From Pseudodesulfovibrio mercurii (GTDB lineage Bacteria > Desulfobacterota > Desulfovibrionia > Desulfovibrionales > Desulfovibrionaceae), in NCBI RefSeq assembly GCF_000189295.2, contig NC_016803.1, forward strand, positions 1,800,001 to 1,832,000: a stretch of DNA of 32,000 nucleotides, in the 5' to 3' direction. The notes beneath the pieces were generated by a model. It had not been told where the DNA came from and made no database searches. It saw only the letters and a program-made list of their open reading frames with translations. Every line of letters starts with the position of its first letter. Within the stretch, counting starts at the first letter, position 1. This document shows, in pieces, positions 21,292 to 32,000 of the stretch. The position numbers and the translations under genes are program-made.

Positions 21292-23253
21292 ATGGCACAG
21301 GACAACGCAAGGCGCACGGATCACAGCGGGATCAAGATGGGGTTCGTCATGGCCCTCTTCTCGATTGCGCTCGGTGCTCTGTGGGTACGCACCGGCTGGG
21401 TGCAGCTCCATGAGGGCGACGACCTGGCCGATCAAGCCTCCAGGCAGAGCCTGGCCGCCGAATACGAATACGGCGAGCGGGGCCGCATCCTCGACCGCAA
21501 CGGGGCCATGCTGGCCACCTCGGTGGAGGCTCGGTCCGTATTCGCCCGTCCGCACGAGATCGAGAACGTGGACGTGGCCGCCGACGTCCTGTCCCGCGAC
21601 CTCAAGCTGTCCCGCCGCGAGGTCTACGCCAAGCTCAAGTCCCGCAAGAAATTCGTCTGGATAAAACGGCAGGTCACGGACCGCGAGGCCGCCGCCCTGG
21701 ACCGGGCTGACCTGAAGGGCGTCCGGTTGACCACCGAGCACGCCCGCATCTACCCCAACGGACACCTGGCCGGGCAGCTGCTCGGCTTCACCGACATCGA
21801 CGGCCGGGGCCGCGAGGGCGTCGAGCGCGTCTACGACAAGCTGCTCGCCCCGAGCAGGGCCGAGTTCGAGGTCCAGCGCGACGCCACGGGCCACCTGCTC
21901 TACCTCGACGCCCACGGCCGCGAGGTGGACGTCAACGGCAAGGACGTGCAGCTGACCATCGACACCCACATCCAGCACGCCGCCGAACAGGCCCTGGCCA
22001 ACTCCATCGCCAAGTACGACGCCAGGGCGGGCATCGTCCTGGTGGTGGACGTCAAGTCCGGCGACATCCTGGCCATGGCCAGCGAGCCGTTCTTCAACCC
22101 GAACACCGTGCGCTCCTCCAAGCCGTCCCAGCGCAGGCTGCGGCCCCTGACCGACATCTACGAGCCCGGCTCGACCATGAAACCGTTCCTGTTCGCCGCC
22201 GCCCTCCAGGAGGGGACCATCACCCCGGACACGCTCATCGACTGCGAGAACGGCCGCTGGAAGGTGGCCCGCCGGATCATCCGCGACACCCACCCCGAGC
22301 GCTGGCTGCCCGCCCGCAAGGTCCTGCGCTACTCGTCCAACATCGGCTCGGCCAAGATCGGCATGAACCTCGGGGCCGGGGTCTACCATGACTATTTGAC
22401 CAAACTCGGTTTCGGTGAGAAGACCCACCTCGGCCTGCCGGGCGAGTCCACGGGCATCCTCCGCCCCGCCGGGGCCTGGAGCTCCGTGGACCTGGCCTGC
22501 ATCAGCTTCGGCCAGTCCATCGGCGTGACCGCCGTGCAGCTGGCGCGCGGCTTCCTCTGCCTGGCCAACCAGGGGGCCACCCGCGACCTGAATCTCATCC
22601 TGTCCCCCAAGAGCGAGCGCAAGAACGCCTCCATCCAGGTCTTCTCCCCCGAGACCGCGACCACGGTCCTGAAGCTGATGGAAGAGGTCGTCCAGGACGA
22701 CGGCACCGGGCGCAGCGCGCGCATCGAGGGCATCCGCATGGCGGGCAAGACCGGCACGGCCCAGAAGGCCTCCAAGGAAGGGGGATACGGCGACCAGTAT
22801 TTGTCCTCCTTCGTGGCCCTGGTCCCGGCCGAGGCCCCGGAGCTTCTGGTCATCACCATGATCGACGAGCCCCAGAAGGCCAACTACGGCTCCATGGTCG
22901 CCGCCCCGGTCTGCCGCGAGGTGACCGTGCGCACCCTGGCCTACCACGACCAACTGTCCGAGACCCTGCACGCCGAGGCCGAGGACACCCCCGTGGTCGG
23001 CGACGCAACGGATGAACCCCTGGCCGCCGCCGTGCCCGCCCCCGTGGTCCCGGCCGACGACGGCAAGGTCCCGGACGTGGCCGGAATGCCCGTCCGCCGG
23101 GCCCTGGAAACCCTGGTCAGAATGGGGATCGTCCCCGTGATCAAGGGACAGGGCATGACGGTCAAGCGCCAGGAGCCCGCGGCCGGGCAGCCCTGGCCCG
23201 GCAACCGCGCCAAGGAGGGAACGGATGATGTTTTTGTTCTCTGGCTCTCATAG
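21292..23253 (+). CDS. ftsI: Penicillin-binding protein FtsI-type transpeptidase with C-terminal PASTA-like domain
   Basis: STMKPF, SSN and KTGTA motifs. The C-terminal sequence VPDVAGMPVRRALETLVRMGIVPVIKGQG resembles a PASTA domain. Confidence 0.93.
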   Translation: MAQDNARRTDHSGIKMGFVMALFSIALGALWVRTGWVQLHEGDDLADQASRQSLAAEYEYGERGRILDRNGAMLATSVEARSVFARPHEIENVDVAADVLSRDLKLSRREVYAKLKSRKKFVWIKRQVTDREAAALDRADLKGVRLTTEHARIYPNGHLAGQLLGFTDIDGRGREGVERVYDKLLAPSRAEFEVQRDATGHLLYLDAHGREVDVNGKDVQLTIDTHIQHAAEQALANSIAKYDARAGIVLVVDVKSGDILAMASEPFFNPNTVRSSKPSQRRLRPLTDIYEPGSTMKPFLFAAALQEGTITPDTLIDCENGRWKVARRIIRDTHPERWLPARKVLRYSSNIGSAKIGMNLGAGVYHDYLTKLGFGEKTHLGLPGESTGILRPAGAWSSVDLACISFGQSIGVTAVQLARGFLCLANQGATRDLNLILSPKSERKNASIQVFSPETATTVLKLMEEVVQDDGTGRSARIEGIRMAGKTGTAQKASKEGGYGDQYLSSFVALVPAEAPELLVITMIDEPQKANYGSMVAAPVCREVTVRTLAYHDQLSETLHAEAEDTPVVGDATDEPLAAAVPAPVVPADDGKVPDVAGMPVRRALETLVRMGIVPVIKGQGMTVKRQEPAAGQPWPGNRAKEGTDDVFVLWLS

Positions 23254-23278
23254 CGAAAAGGAAAAGGTACGGGGCGTC

Positions 23279-24751
23279 ATGCAATTCGAGACCCTGTTGG
23301 AAAAGGCGAAAAAAGGGCTGGTCGTGCGCACGGATTCGCGCAAGATCCAGGACGGCGAGTGCTTCGTGGCCATGCCCGGCACGGCCGTGCGCGGCCTCGA
23401 CTACATCCCGAACGCCCTGGACAACGGCGCGCGCTACATCGTGGCCCCGGAGGCGGCCCGCGACCTCGTCGCCCCGGTGGTCGAGAAGAAGGCCGTGGCC
23501 GTGTACGTGGACAACCCGGCCGTGGCCCTGGGCGAACTGGCCCGCGCCCATTTCCAGGTCATGGACCGCGACCTCAAGCTGGTCGCCATCACCGGGACCA
23601 ACGGCAAGACGACAACCTCCTACATCATCGAGCACCTGCTGGCCTCGAGCGGGCTCAAGGTGGGCGTGCTCGGCACGGTCAACTACCGCTGGCCCGGCTT
23701 CATGATGGACGCCCCCCTGACCACCCCGGACTGCTGGATGATCCACGAGCTGCTCTTCAACATGAAGAAGGCCGACGTGGACGTGGCCGTCATGGAGGTC
23801 TCCTCCCACGCGCTCGACCAGTACCGCGTGGCCGGACTGGACTTCGACGCCGCCGTGTTCACCAACCTGACCCAGGACCACCTGGACTACCACGGCGACA
23901 TGGAGACCTATTTCCGGGCCAAGGCCAAACTCTTCTCCGAGTACCCGCGCCTGAACAAGGCGGCGGTGCTCAACTACGACGATCCCTACGGCCGCCGTCT
24001 CCTGGCCGAGTGCCAGGGCGGCATCGGCTACGGCATCGGCGACGCCTCCCTGGTCCGCCAGGAGGTCGGGGACAAGCCCCTGGTCCAGGGGCGCATCCTG
24101 TCCATGACCGGCCAGGGCATGGAGATCGAGACCTCGTGGAAGGGCAAGACCTGGGTGGTCCGCTCCCCGCTGGTGGGCTCGTTCAACGCCCTGAACCTGC
24201 TGGCCGCCCAGGCCGTGGGACTGCAGCTCGGCCTGAACTGCAAGGACATGCGCAGGCTGTCCACCTTCCCAGGCGTGCCCGGACGGCTCGAACGGGTCAT
24301 GAACGACAAGAATCTTGACATCTTCGTGGACTACGCCCACACCCCGGACGCCCTGGACAACGTGCAGAGGACCCTGGCCGCCCTGGACTTCAAGCGGCTG
24401 ATCACGGTCTTCGGCTGCGGCGGCGACCGCGACCGGACCAAGCGCCCGCTCATGGCCGCTTCCGCCGCCCGCTACGCCGACGTGGCCGTGCTGACCTCGG
24501 ATAATCCGCGCACCGAGGACCCGGCCGCGATCATGGACGACGCCCGCCCCGGACTGGCCGGGGCGAAGAGGGTCATGGAGAACCCGGACCGGACCGAGGC
24601 CATCAAAATGGCCGTGGCCGAGATGGAGCCGGGCGACGCCCTGCTCATCGCGGGCAAGGGGCATGAGGACTACCAGATCATCGGCACCACCAAGCGGCAC
24701 TTTTCCGACAAGGAAGCCGCGCTCAAGGCCATCGAGGAAGTGTATTCGTGA
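23279..24751 (+). CDS. murE: UDP-MurNAc-L-Ala-D-Glu:meso-DAP ligase MurE
   Basis: ITGTNGKTT P-loop and the DNPR motif (LTSDNPRTEDP), which indicates meso-DAP specificity. Confidence 0.95.
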   Translation: MQFETLLEKAKKGLVVRTDSRKIQDGECFVAMPGTAVRGLDYIPNALDNGARYIVAPEAARDLVAPVVEKKAVAVYVDNPAVALGELARAHFQVMDRDLKLVAITGTNGKTTTSYIIEHLLASSGLKVGVLGTVNYRWPGFMMDAPLTTPDCWMIHELLFNMKKADVDVAVMEVSSHALDQYRVAGLDFDAAVFTNLTQDHLDYHGDMETYFRAKAKLFSEYPRLNKAAVLNYDDPYGRRLLAECQGGIGYGIGDASLVRQEVGDKPLVQGRILSMTGQGMEIETSWKGKTWVVRSPLVGSFNALNLLAAQAVGLQLGLNCKDMRRLSTFPGVPGRLERVMNDKNLDIFVDYAHTPDALDNVQRTLAALDFKRLITVFGCGGDRDRTKRPLMAASAARYADVAVLTSDNPRTEDPAAIMDDARPGLAGAKRVMENPDRTEAIKMAVAEMEPGDALLIAGKGHEDYQIIGTTKRHFSDKEAALKAIEEVYS

Positions 24752-26136
24752 ACCTGACCCTGGCTGAAGTCGCACGCTGCCTCGGCACCCTGGCCGACGA
24801 GGGCTTCGAGGAGACCGTGGTCACCGAGGTGAAGACGGACTCCCGCACCGTCGAGCCCGGCGACCTCTTCTTCTGCATCGCGGGCGAGAATTTCGACGGG
24901 CACGAGTTCGCGGCCCTGGCCGCCGCCAAAGGGGCCTGCGCCGTGGTGGCCTCGCGCATGATCGGCGAGATCGACGCGCCGGTCATCATGGTCCGCGACA
25001 CCCGTACGGCCCTGGGCCGGCTGGCCGCCTGCTGGCGCGACACCTGCGGGGCGAAACTCGTGGCCGTAACCGGCACGGCGGGCAAGACCACGGTCAAGGA
25101 GATGCTCTTCGCCGTGGCCTCGCAAAAATTCGCCACGGCCAAGAACTACCGCAACTTCAACAACCAGATCGGGTTGCCCACGTCCATGCTCAAGGCCTCG
25201 GCCGACCAGGAGCTGTGGATCATGGAGCTCGGCATCTCCCGGCGGGGCGACATGGAGGAGCTGGCCCCGGTGGCCAGCCCGGACCTGGCGATCATCACCA
25301 ACGTGGGGCCCGGCCACCTGGAAGGGCTCGGCAACGAGGCGGGCGTGGCGAGCGCCAAGACCGCCCTGCTGCGCTACCTGCGCCAGGGCGGCCGCGCCGT
25401 GATCTCCAGGGACTATCCGCTGCTCTGGAACGCGGCCCTGGAGCTGGTGGACGCGCCCGTGGGCTTCTCGGGCCGGGACGACGCCGAGAGCGATTTTTCC
25501 GCCGCCTTCCTGGGCGCCCTGCCCGACGGCCGGGGCCGGTTCCGGCTGCGCACCCCCGACGGCGACGGCGAGCTGACCGCGCCGTTCTGCGGCAGGCACT
25601 ACGCCGAGAACCTGGCCTGCGTGGCCGCCGCGGCCCACTGCCTGGGGCTGACCCGCGACGACGTGGTCGGCGGCGTGCAGGCCATGGCCGCCGACCCCCA
25701 GCGCTTCTGCCGCAAGATCGGGGGCGGGATCACGGTCATCGACGACACCTACAACGCCAACCCCCTGTCCATGGCCAACGCCCTGCGCACGGCCAGGGAA
25801 CTGGCCGGGGAGCGCCCCCTGGTCCTGGTCCTGGGCGACATGCGCGAGCTGGGCGCCGAGGCGGTCCTGCGCCACGAGGAGCTGGGCCGGGTCATCCGCG
25901 AGACCGCGCCCGCCATGGTCTTCTACAAGGGCGACCACTTCCTGGATGTGGAGCGCGGCTTCGGCGGGTTCATGCGCCGGGCCGGCGACGTGGACGAATT
26001 TCTCGAGGCCTGGCGCGAGCTGTGCATCTCCGAGGGCGCGGTCCTGGTCAAGGGCTCCCGCTCCCTGGGCATGGAGCTCTACGCCAACGCCCTGTGCCGC
26101 GAAGTGAACGCGGAAGCCCAAGGAGGCGGCAAGTGA
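24748..26136 (+). CDS. murF: UDP-MurNAc-tripeptide:D-Ala-D-Ala ligase MurF
   Basis: [13 protein letters not shown] and DDTYNANP motifs. The GTG start overlaps the murE stop (GTGA). Confidence 0.95.
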   Translation: MNLTLAEVARCLGTLADEGFEETVVTEVKTDSRTVEPGDLFFCIAGENFDGHEFAALAAAKGACAVVASRMIGEIDAPVIMVRDTRTALGRLAACWRDTCGAKLVAVTGTAGKTTVKEMLFAVASQKFATAKNYRNFNNQIGLPTSMLKASADQELWIMELGISRRGDMEELAPVASPDLAIITNVGPGHLEGLGNEAGVASAKTALLRYLRQGGRAVISRDYPLLWNAALELVDAPVGFSGRDDAESDFSAAFLGALPDGRGRFRLRTPDGDGELTAPFCGRHYAENLACVAAAAHCLGLTRDDVVGGVQAMAADPQRFCRKIGGGITVIDDTYNANPLSMANALRTARELAGERPLVLVLGDMRELGAEAVLRHEELGRVIRETAPAMVFYKGDHFLDVERGFGGFMRRAGDVDEFLEAWRELCISEGAVLVKGSRSLGMELYANALCREVNAEAQGGGK

Positions 26137-27209
26137 TCTACAACCTGCTCGTTCCGTACAGTTCGGACCTGGGCGTCCTGAACGTCTTCCGGTACATCAC
26201 CTTCCGCTCGGTCTGGGCCCTGCTGACCGCCCTGATCATCTCCATCCTGTTCGGCCCGGCCATGATCCGCTGGCTGACCCGGGTCAAGTGCGGCCAGTAC
26301 ATCCGCGAGGACGGCCCCAAACACCAGGCCAAGCAGGGCACGCCGACCATGGGCGGGATCATGATCCTGTTCTCCGTGTCCGTGTCCACCCTGCTTTGGG
26401 CCGACCTGACCAACGTCTACGTCTGGCTGACCCTGCTGGCCTTCGCCGGGTTCAGCGCCATCGGCTTCACCGACGACTACATCAAGGTCGTCAAACGGCG
26501 CAACGAGGGGCTGTCGCCCAAGGCCAAGTTCACCCTGCAATGCCTGGTGGCGGCGGCGGCCATCGCCATGCTCATCCACGAGCCCGCCTACTCCACCCGG
26601 CTGTCCGTGCCGTTCTTCAAGAATTTCAATCCGGACCTCGGCTGGTTCTACCTGCCATTCGCCATGGTCGTCATGGTCGGGACCAGCAACGCGGTCAACC
26701 TGACAGACGGCCTGGACGGGCTGGCCATCGGGCCCATGGTCGTGGCCATGGCCTGCTTCGCCATCTTCATTTACGTGTCCGGCCACGCGACCATGGCCGA
26801 ATACCTCCAGGTCCAGAACATCCAGGGCATCGGCGAGGTCACGGTCTTCTGCGGGGCAATGGTCGGCGCGGGACTGGGCTTCCTGTGGTTCAACGCCCAC
26901 CCGGCCCAGATCTTCATGGGCGACGTGGGCTCGCTCGGCCTGGGCGGGGCGCTGGGCTTCGTGGCCGTGCTGGCCAAGCAGGAGCTTTTGCTGGCCATCG
27001 TGGGCGGCGTGTTCGTCTTCGAGACCCTGTCGGTCATCCTCCAGGTGGGCTACTTCAAGCTCACCGGCGGCAAGCGCATCTTCAAGATGGCCCCCCTGCA
27101 CCACCACTTCGAACTCAAGGGCATCCCGGAATCCAAGATCATCGTCCGCTTCTGGATATTGTCCATACTCATGGCGTTGATGGCCCTGTCCACGCTGAAA
27201 CTGAGGTAG
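26133..27209 (+). CDS. mraY: Phospho-N-acetylmuramoyl-pentapeptide transferase MraY
   Basis: [20 protein letters not shown] and MGDVGSL..G motifs. AAGGAGG precedes the GTG start, which overlaps the murF stop. Confidence 0.95.
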   Translation: MIYNLLVPYSSDLGVLNVFRYITFRSVWALLTALIISILFGPAMIRWLTRVKCGQYIREDGPKHQAKQGTPTMGGIMILFSVSVSTLLWADLTNVYVWLTLLAFAGFSAIGFTDDYIKVVKRRNEGLSPKAKFTLQCLVAAAAIAMLIHEPAYSTRLSVPFFKNFNPDLGWFYLPFAMVVMVGTSNAVNLTDGLDGLAIGPMVVAMACFAIFIYVSGHATMAEYLQVQNIQGIGEVTVFCGAMVGAGLGFLWFNAHPAQIFMGDVGSLGLGGALGFVAVLAKQELLLAIVGGVFVFETLSVILQVGYFKLTGGKRIFKMAPLHHHFELKGIPESKIIVRFWILSILMALMALSTLKLR

Positions 27210-27213
27210 CACC

Positions 27214-28518
27214 GTGAACCGCATCGTCCGCAAATTCATCAACGAGGCCATTCTCGACGGCAAGCAGGCCGTGGTGGTCGGCACCGGCAAGTCCGGCCTG
27301 GCCGCCGCCCGGCTGCTGGACGTGCTCGGCGCGCGGGTGCGCGTGGTCGACCGCGACGAGTCGGTCACCGAGGCGAAGCTCGGTCCCCTGGCGGGCAAGG
27401 CGGAGCTGGTGGTCGGCCCCCACGAGAAAGGCCACTTCGCGGACGCGGACGTCATCGTCCTCTCGCCCGGCGTGCCGGTCAGAAAGCTCGCCCCGGTGCT
27501 CGAAGGCGTCCCGGCGCGGAACGTGGTCTCGGAGCTGGAGTTCGCCTCCTGGTTCATCGAGGCCCCGATCCTGGCCGTGACCGGGTCCAACGGCAAGACC
27601 ACGACCACCACGCTCATCTCCGAGATCCTGGAGAAGGCCGGACGCCGCGTGTTCACCGGCGGAAACATCGGCGTGCCCCTGTGCGAGTACCTCCTGGACA
27701 TGGAGCCGGCCGAGATCATCGTCCTCGAGGTCTCCAGCTTCCAGCTCCAGAACTGCCTCCGGTTCAAGCCGCACGTCGGCCTGTTCCTGAATTTCTCGGC
27801 CAACCACCTGGACTACCACGCGGACCTGGACGAATACCTGGACGCCAAGCTGCACCTGTTCAGCCGGATGGGTCCGGAGGACATCGCCCTGCTGCACGAG
27901 TCCCTGCACCCGCTGCTGGACGGACGGTCCTTCACCGAGGCGCACATCGAGTGGTTCGGACCCACGAACCGGTTCGAGGCCCCGCACCTCCTGGGCGAGC
28001 ACAACCGCTCCAACGTGGAGGCCGCCTGGCAGGCCGTGAAGCGGTTCGGGGTGAGCGAGGAGCAGGCCGCCGAGGCCATCCGCGACTTCCGCCCCCTGCC
28101 CCACCGCATCGAGCCCGTGGCCGAGAGGAACGGCGTGCTCTACGTCAACGACTCCAAGGCCACCACCCTGGACGCGGCCGAGGCGGCCGTTCACGCCTTC
28201 GAGCGCCCGGTGCGCATCCTCATGGGCGGGGTGTGGAAGGGCGGCGACGTGGCCAAATTCGCCGAGGGCATCAAGGGCCGCGTGGCCGCCGTGGGGTTGT
28301 TCGGCGGCTCGCGCGAGATCCTGGAGCCGGAGCTGGCCAGACATTTTTCCGTGACCTGGGACGAGACCCTGACCGAGGCCGTCAGACGGCAGGCCGGTCT
28401 GGCCGCGCCCGGCGACGTGGTCCTGCTCTCCCCGGCCACCTCCTCCTTCGACCAGTACCACAACATGGCCGAGCGGGGCGCGGACTTCAAACGCGCGGTG
28501 GAGGGACTCCATGACTAA
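27214..28518 (+). CDS. murD: UDP-MurNAc-L-Ala:D-Glu ligase MurD
   Basis: VVGTGKSGLAAARLL and VTGSNGKTTTT motifs. GTG start. Confidence 0.95.
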   Translation: MNRIVRKFINEAILDGKQAVVVGTGKSGLAAARLLDVLGARVRVVDRDESVTEAKLGPLAGKAELVVGPHEKGHFADADVIVLSPGVPVRKLAPVLEGVPARNVVSELEFASWFIEAPILAVTGSNGKTTTTTLISEILEKAGRRVFTGGNIGVPLCEYLLDMEPAEIIVLEVSSFQLQNCLRFKPHVGLFLNFSANHLDYHADLDEYLDAKLHLFSRMGPEDIALLHESLHPLLDGRSFTEAHIEWFGPTNRFEAPHLLGEHNRSNVEAAWQAVKRFGVSEEQAAEAIRDFRPLPHRIEPVAERNGVLYVNDSKATTLDAAEAAVHAFERPVRILMGGVWKGGDVAKFAEGIKGRVAAVGLFGGSREILEPELARHFSVTWDETLTEAVRRQAGLAAPGDVVLLSPATSSFDQYHNMAERGADFKRAVEGLHD

Positions 28519-29632
28519 CACGCTGAACGGCCGGAAGGCCGGAACCCCGGGCCGCATGGACTACTGGCTGCTGACCGCCACCCTGGTCCTGGCCGGGTTC
28601 GGCCTGATCATGGTCCTGTCCTCCTCGGGCATCATGGCCGAGCGCATCTACGGCGACACCTACTATTTCTTCAAGCGCCAGCTGATGTTCACGGGCGCGG
28701 GGCTCTTGGCCATGATCGTCCTGATCCGCATCCCGCCCAAGGCCATCTACTCCCTGACCTACCTCTGGGTCGGCCTGGCCATCGTCCTGCTCGCCCTGTG
28801 CATCTCTCCGCTCGGGGCCAGCGTCAACGGGGCCACCCGCTGGGTGCGCTTCGGCCCGTTCAACGTCCAGCCCCTGGAATACGCCAAGGTGGCCCTGGTC
28901 CTGTACCTGGCCTACTTCTTCGCCCGCAAGCAGGACCTGGTCCGAACCTTTTCCGTGGGCTTCCTGCCGCCCTTCCTGGTGACCGGCTTCCTGTGCGGCC
29001 TGCTCCTGCTCCAGCCGGACTTCGGCGGGGCCGTGGTCATGTGCGGCCTGCTCTTCTTCATGTGCCTGGTGGGCGGCACCCGGTTCAGCTACCTGTTCAT
29101 CTCGCTGATCTTCGCGGGCGGCGCGGGCTGGATGCTGATCTCGTCCTCGCCCTACCGCTTCAAGCGCTGGACCGCCTTCCTGGACCCCTTCGCCTCGGCC
29201 CAGAACGAGGGCTACCAGCTGGTCCAGTCCCTGTACGCCTTCGGCTCGGGCAAGATCTTCGGCACCGGCATCGGCGCGGGCCAGCGCAAGCTCTTCTTCC
29301 TGCCCGAGGCGCACAACGACTTCATCATGGCCGTGGTTGGCGAGGAGCTCGGCTTCGTGGGCATGTCCCTGTTCTTCCTCCTGGTGGCCTTCTTCCTGTA
29401 CCGCGCCTTCCGCGTGGCCATGAAGCTCGAGGACCTGCAGGACCGCTTCACCGCCTTCGGCACCACCTGCATCCTGGCCCTGGGCATGATCCTGAACCTG
29501 GCCGTGGTCCTCGGCACGGTGCCGCCCAAGGGCGTGGCCATGCCGTTCATCTCCTACGGCGGCTCCTCCCTGACCGTGTCCTTCATCTGCGCGGGCATCC
29601 TGCTGAACCTCTCCCGGAGGGTGAAGGCATGA
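28511..29632 (+). CDS. ftsW: SEDS-family peptidoglycan polymerase FtsW
   Basis: QP.E..K and LPE.HNDFI motifs. 373-aa polytopic protein in the conserved dcw position. Confidence 0.93.
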   Translation: MTNTLNGRKAGTPGRMDYWLLTATLVLAGFGLIMVLSSSGIMAERIYGDTYYFFKRQLMFTGAGLLAMIVLIRIPPKAIYSLTYLWVGLAIVLLALCISPLGASVNGATRWVRFGPFNVQPLEYAKVALVLYLAYFFARKQDLVRTFSVGFLPPFLVTGFLCGLLLLQPDFGGAVVMCGLLFFMCLVGGTRFSYLFISLIFAGGAGWMLISSSPYRFKRWTAFLDPFASAQNEGYQLVQSLYAFGSGKIFGTGIGAGQRKLFFLPEAHNDFIMAVVGEELGFVGMSLFFLLVAFFLYRAFRVAMKLEDLQDRFTAFGTTCILALGMILNLAVVLGTVPPKGVAMPFISYGGSSLTVSFICAGILLNLSRRVKA

Positions 29633-30720
29633 CCCTGGACCGCGTCATCCTGACCACCGGCGGCACCTGCGGCCACATCTTCCCGGCCCTGGCCGTGGCC
29701 ACGGCCCTGCGCGAGTACAACCACGGCGCGCGCCTGCTGTTCATGGGCGGCCCCGGCCCCGAGGGCGACCTGGCCCGGAAGAACGGCCTGGAATTTCTGG
29801 AGCTGCCCGCCAGCGGGGTCATGGGCAAGGGCGTCACCGGCGTGCTCTCCGGCCTGGGCTGGCTCGGCACGGGCATCCCCAAGGCCCTCTACGAGGTCTG
29901 GCGCTTCCGGCCCGACGCGGTCATCGGCTTCGGCGGGTACGCGGGCTTCTGCCCGGTGCTGGCCGGACGCGTGCTCGGCATCCCCACGGCCGTGCACGAG
30001 CAGAACTCCGTGCCCGGCGTGACCAACAAGGTCCTGGGCCGGATGGTCCGGCGGGTGTTCCTGAGCTTCCCGGACACCATGGGCGTGTTCCCCCCGCAAA
30101 AGACCTTCCTGACCGGCAATCCGGTGCGGCCCGAGATTTTCAAGGCGGGCGAACGGCGGCGCGGCCGGACGCCCGGCAAGCGGCTGTTCGTCTTCGGCGG
30201 CGGCCAGGGGGCACGGCCCATCAACGACGCGGTCATCGAGGCCCTGCCGACATTCATGGAGGCCGGGATCACCCTGGTCCACCAGGCGGGCCGAATCGAC
30301 TTTTCCCGCGTGCGCGCCGCGTATCAGGCGGCGGGCGCGGACCCGGCGCAGGTCCGGGAATTCATCGAGGACATGGGGGCCGAGTACGCGGCCTGCGACC
30401 TGGTTGTCTGCCGGTCCGGCGCGTCCACGGTCTTCGAAATAGCGGCGGCGGGGGCCCCGGCCATCTTCGTGCCCTTCCCCCAGGCCACCCACGACCACCA
30501 GACAATGAACGCCCGCGCCATGTCGGACATCGGCGCGTCCGTGCTGCTGCCCCAGTCGGGGTTGAGCGGCGCGGCGCTGGCCGACCGCGTGCTCGGCCTG
30601 CTGGCCGACCGCGAGCGGCTGACAACCATGGAAACAGCGGCCCGGTCCATGGCCCGGCAATTCGCGGCCCGGGACATCGTGGCCGGGCTGGCCGCCATGG
30701 CCGGCGGGCAGGAGTCATAA
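29629..30720 (+). CDS. murG: Undecaprenyl-PP-MurNAc-pentapeptide GlcNAc transferase MurG
   Basis: N-terminal G-loop [14 protein letters not shown] and C-terminal [13 protein letters not shown] overlap with ftsW. Confidence 0.95.
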   Translation: MTLDRVILTTGGTCGHIFPALAVATALREYNHGARLLFMGGPGPEGDLARKNGLEFLELPASGVMGKGVTGVLSGLGWLGTGIPKALYEVWRFRPDAVIGFGGYAGFCPVLAGRVLGIPTAVHEQNSVPGVTNKVLGRMVRRVFLSFPDTMGVFPPQKTFLTGNPVRPEIFKAGERRRGRTPGKRLFVFGGGQGARPINDAVIEALPTFMEAGITLVHQAGRIDFSRVRAAYQAAGADPAQVREFIEDMGAEYAACDLVVCRSGASTVFEIAAAGAPAIFVPFPQATHDHQTMNARAMSDIGASVLLPQSGLSGAALADRVLGLLADRERLTTMETAARSMARQFAARDIVAGLAAMAGGQES

Positions 30721-30722
30721 TT

Positions 30723-32000
<1,278 letters not shown>

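Overview
This is a high-GC chromosomal segment (sampled 60-nt lines are about 63% GC). Gene content suggests a Desulfovibrionales-like anaerobe, which is inference only.

Left third (1-11.1 kb): tRNA-Pro(UGG) is preceded by unusual tandem structured repeats. A redox and sulfur/selenium-flavoured neighbourhood follows: bacteriohemerythrin, an AhpC/Prx1-type peroxiredoxin whose peroxidatic residue is an in-frame TGA (selenocysteine) followed by a SECIS-like hairpin, a DsrE-like protein, an NSS transporter plus a 33-codon MetS-like subunit missing from the ORF track, and a split YeeE/YedE pair. After that come an unknown polytopic membrane protein, hemolysin-III, an Rrf2 regulator, a CbiM-type module without Q/O partners, and an internally duplicated HD hydrolase.

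Middle: a roughly 2 kb strongly AT-rich islet (about 11.15-13.1 kb) sits between core genes. It carries one 488-aa P-loop NTPase with no recognisable effector domain, and possibly a tiny overlapping membrane ORF. This is my best candidate for an undescribed, defence-like system. It is followed by rlmD, two translationally coupled paralogous small proteins of unknown function, DUF3108, a CBS-pair protein, HD-GYP and pyruvate kinase.

Right third (19.4-32 kb): a canonical dcw cluster, mraZ-rsmH-ftsL-ftsI-murE-murF-mraY-murD-ftsW-murG-murC (murC runs off the window), with phased MraZ-box-like repeats upstream.

Most long ORFs antisense to these genes are high-GC artefacts. No CRISPR array, rRNA, integrase or transposase was seen.
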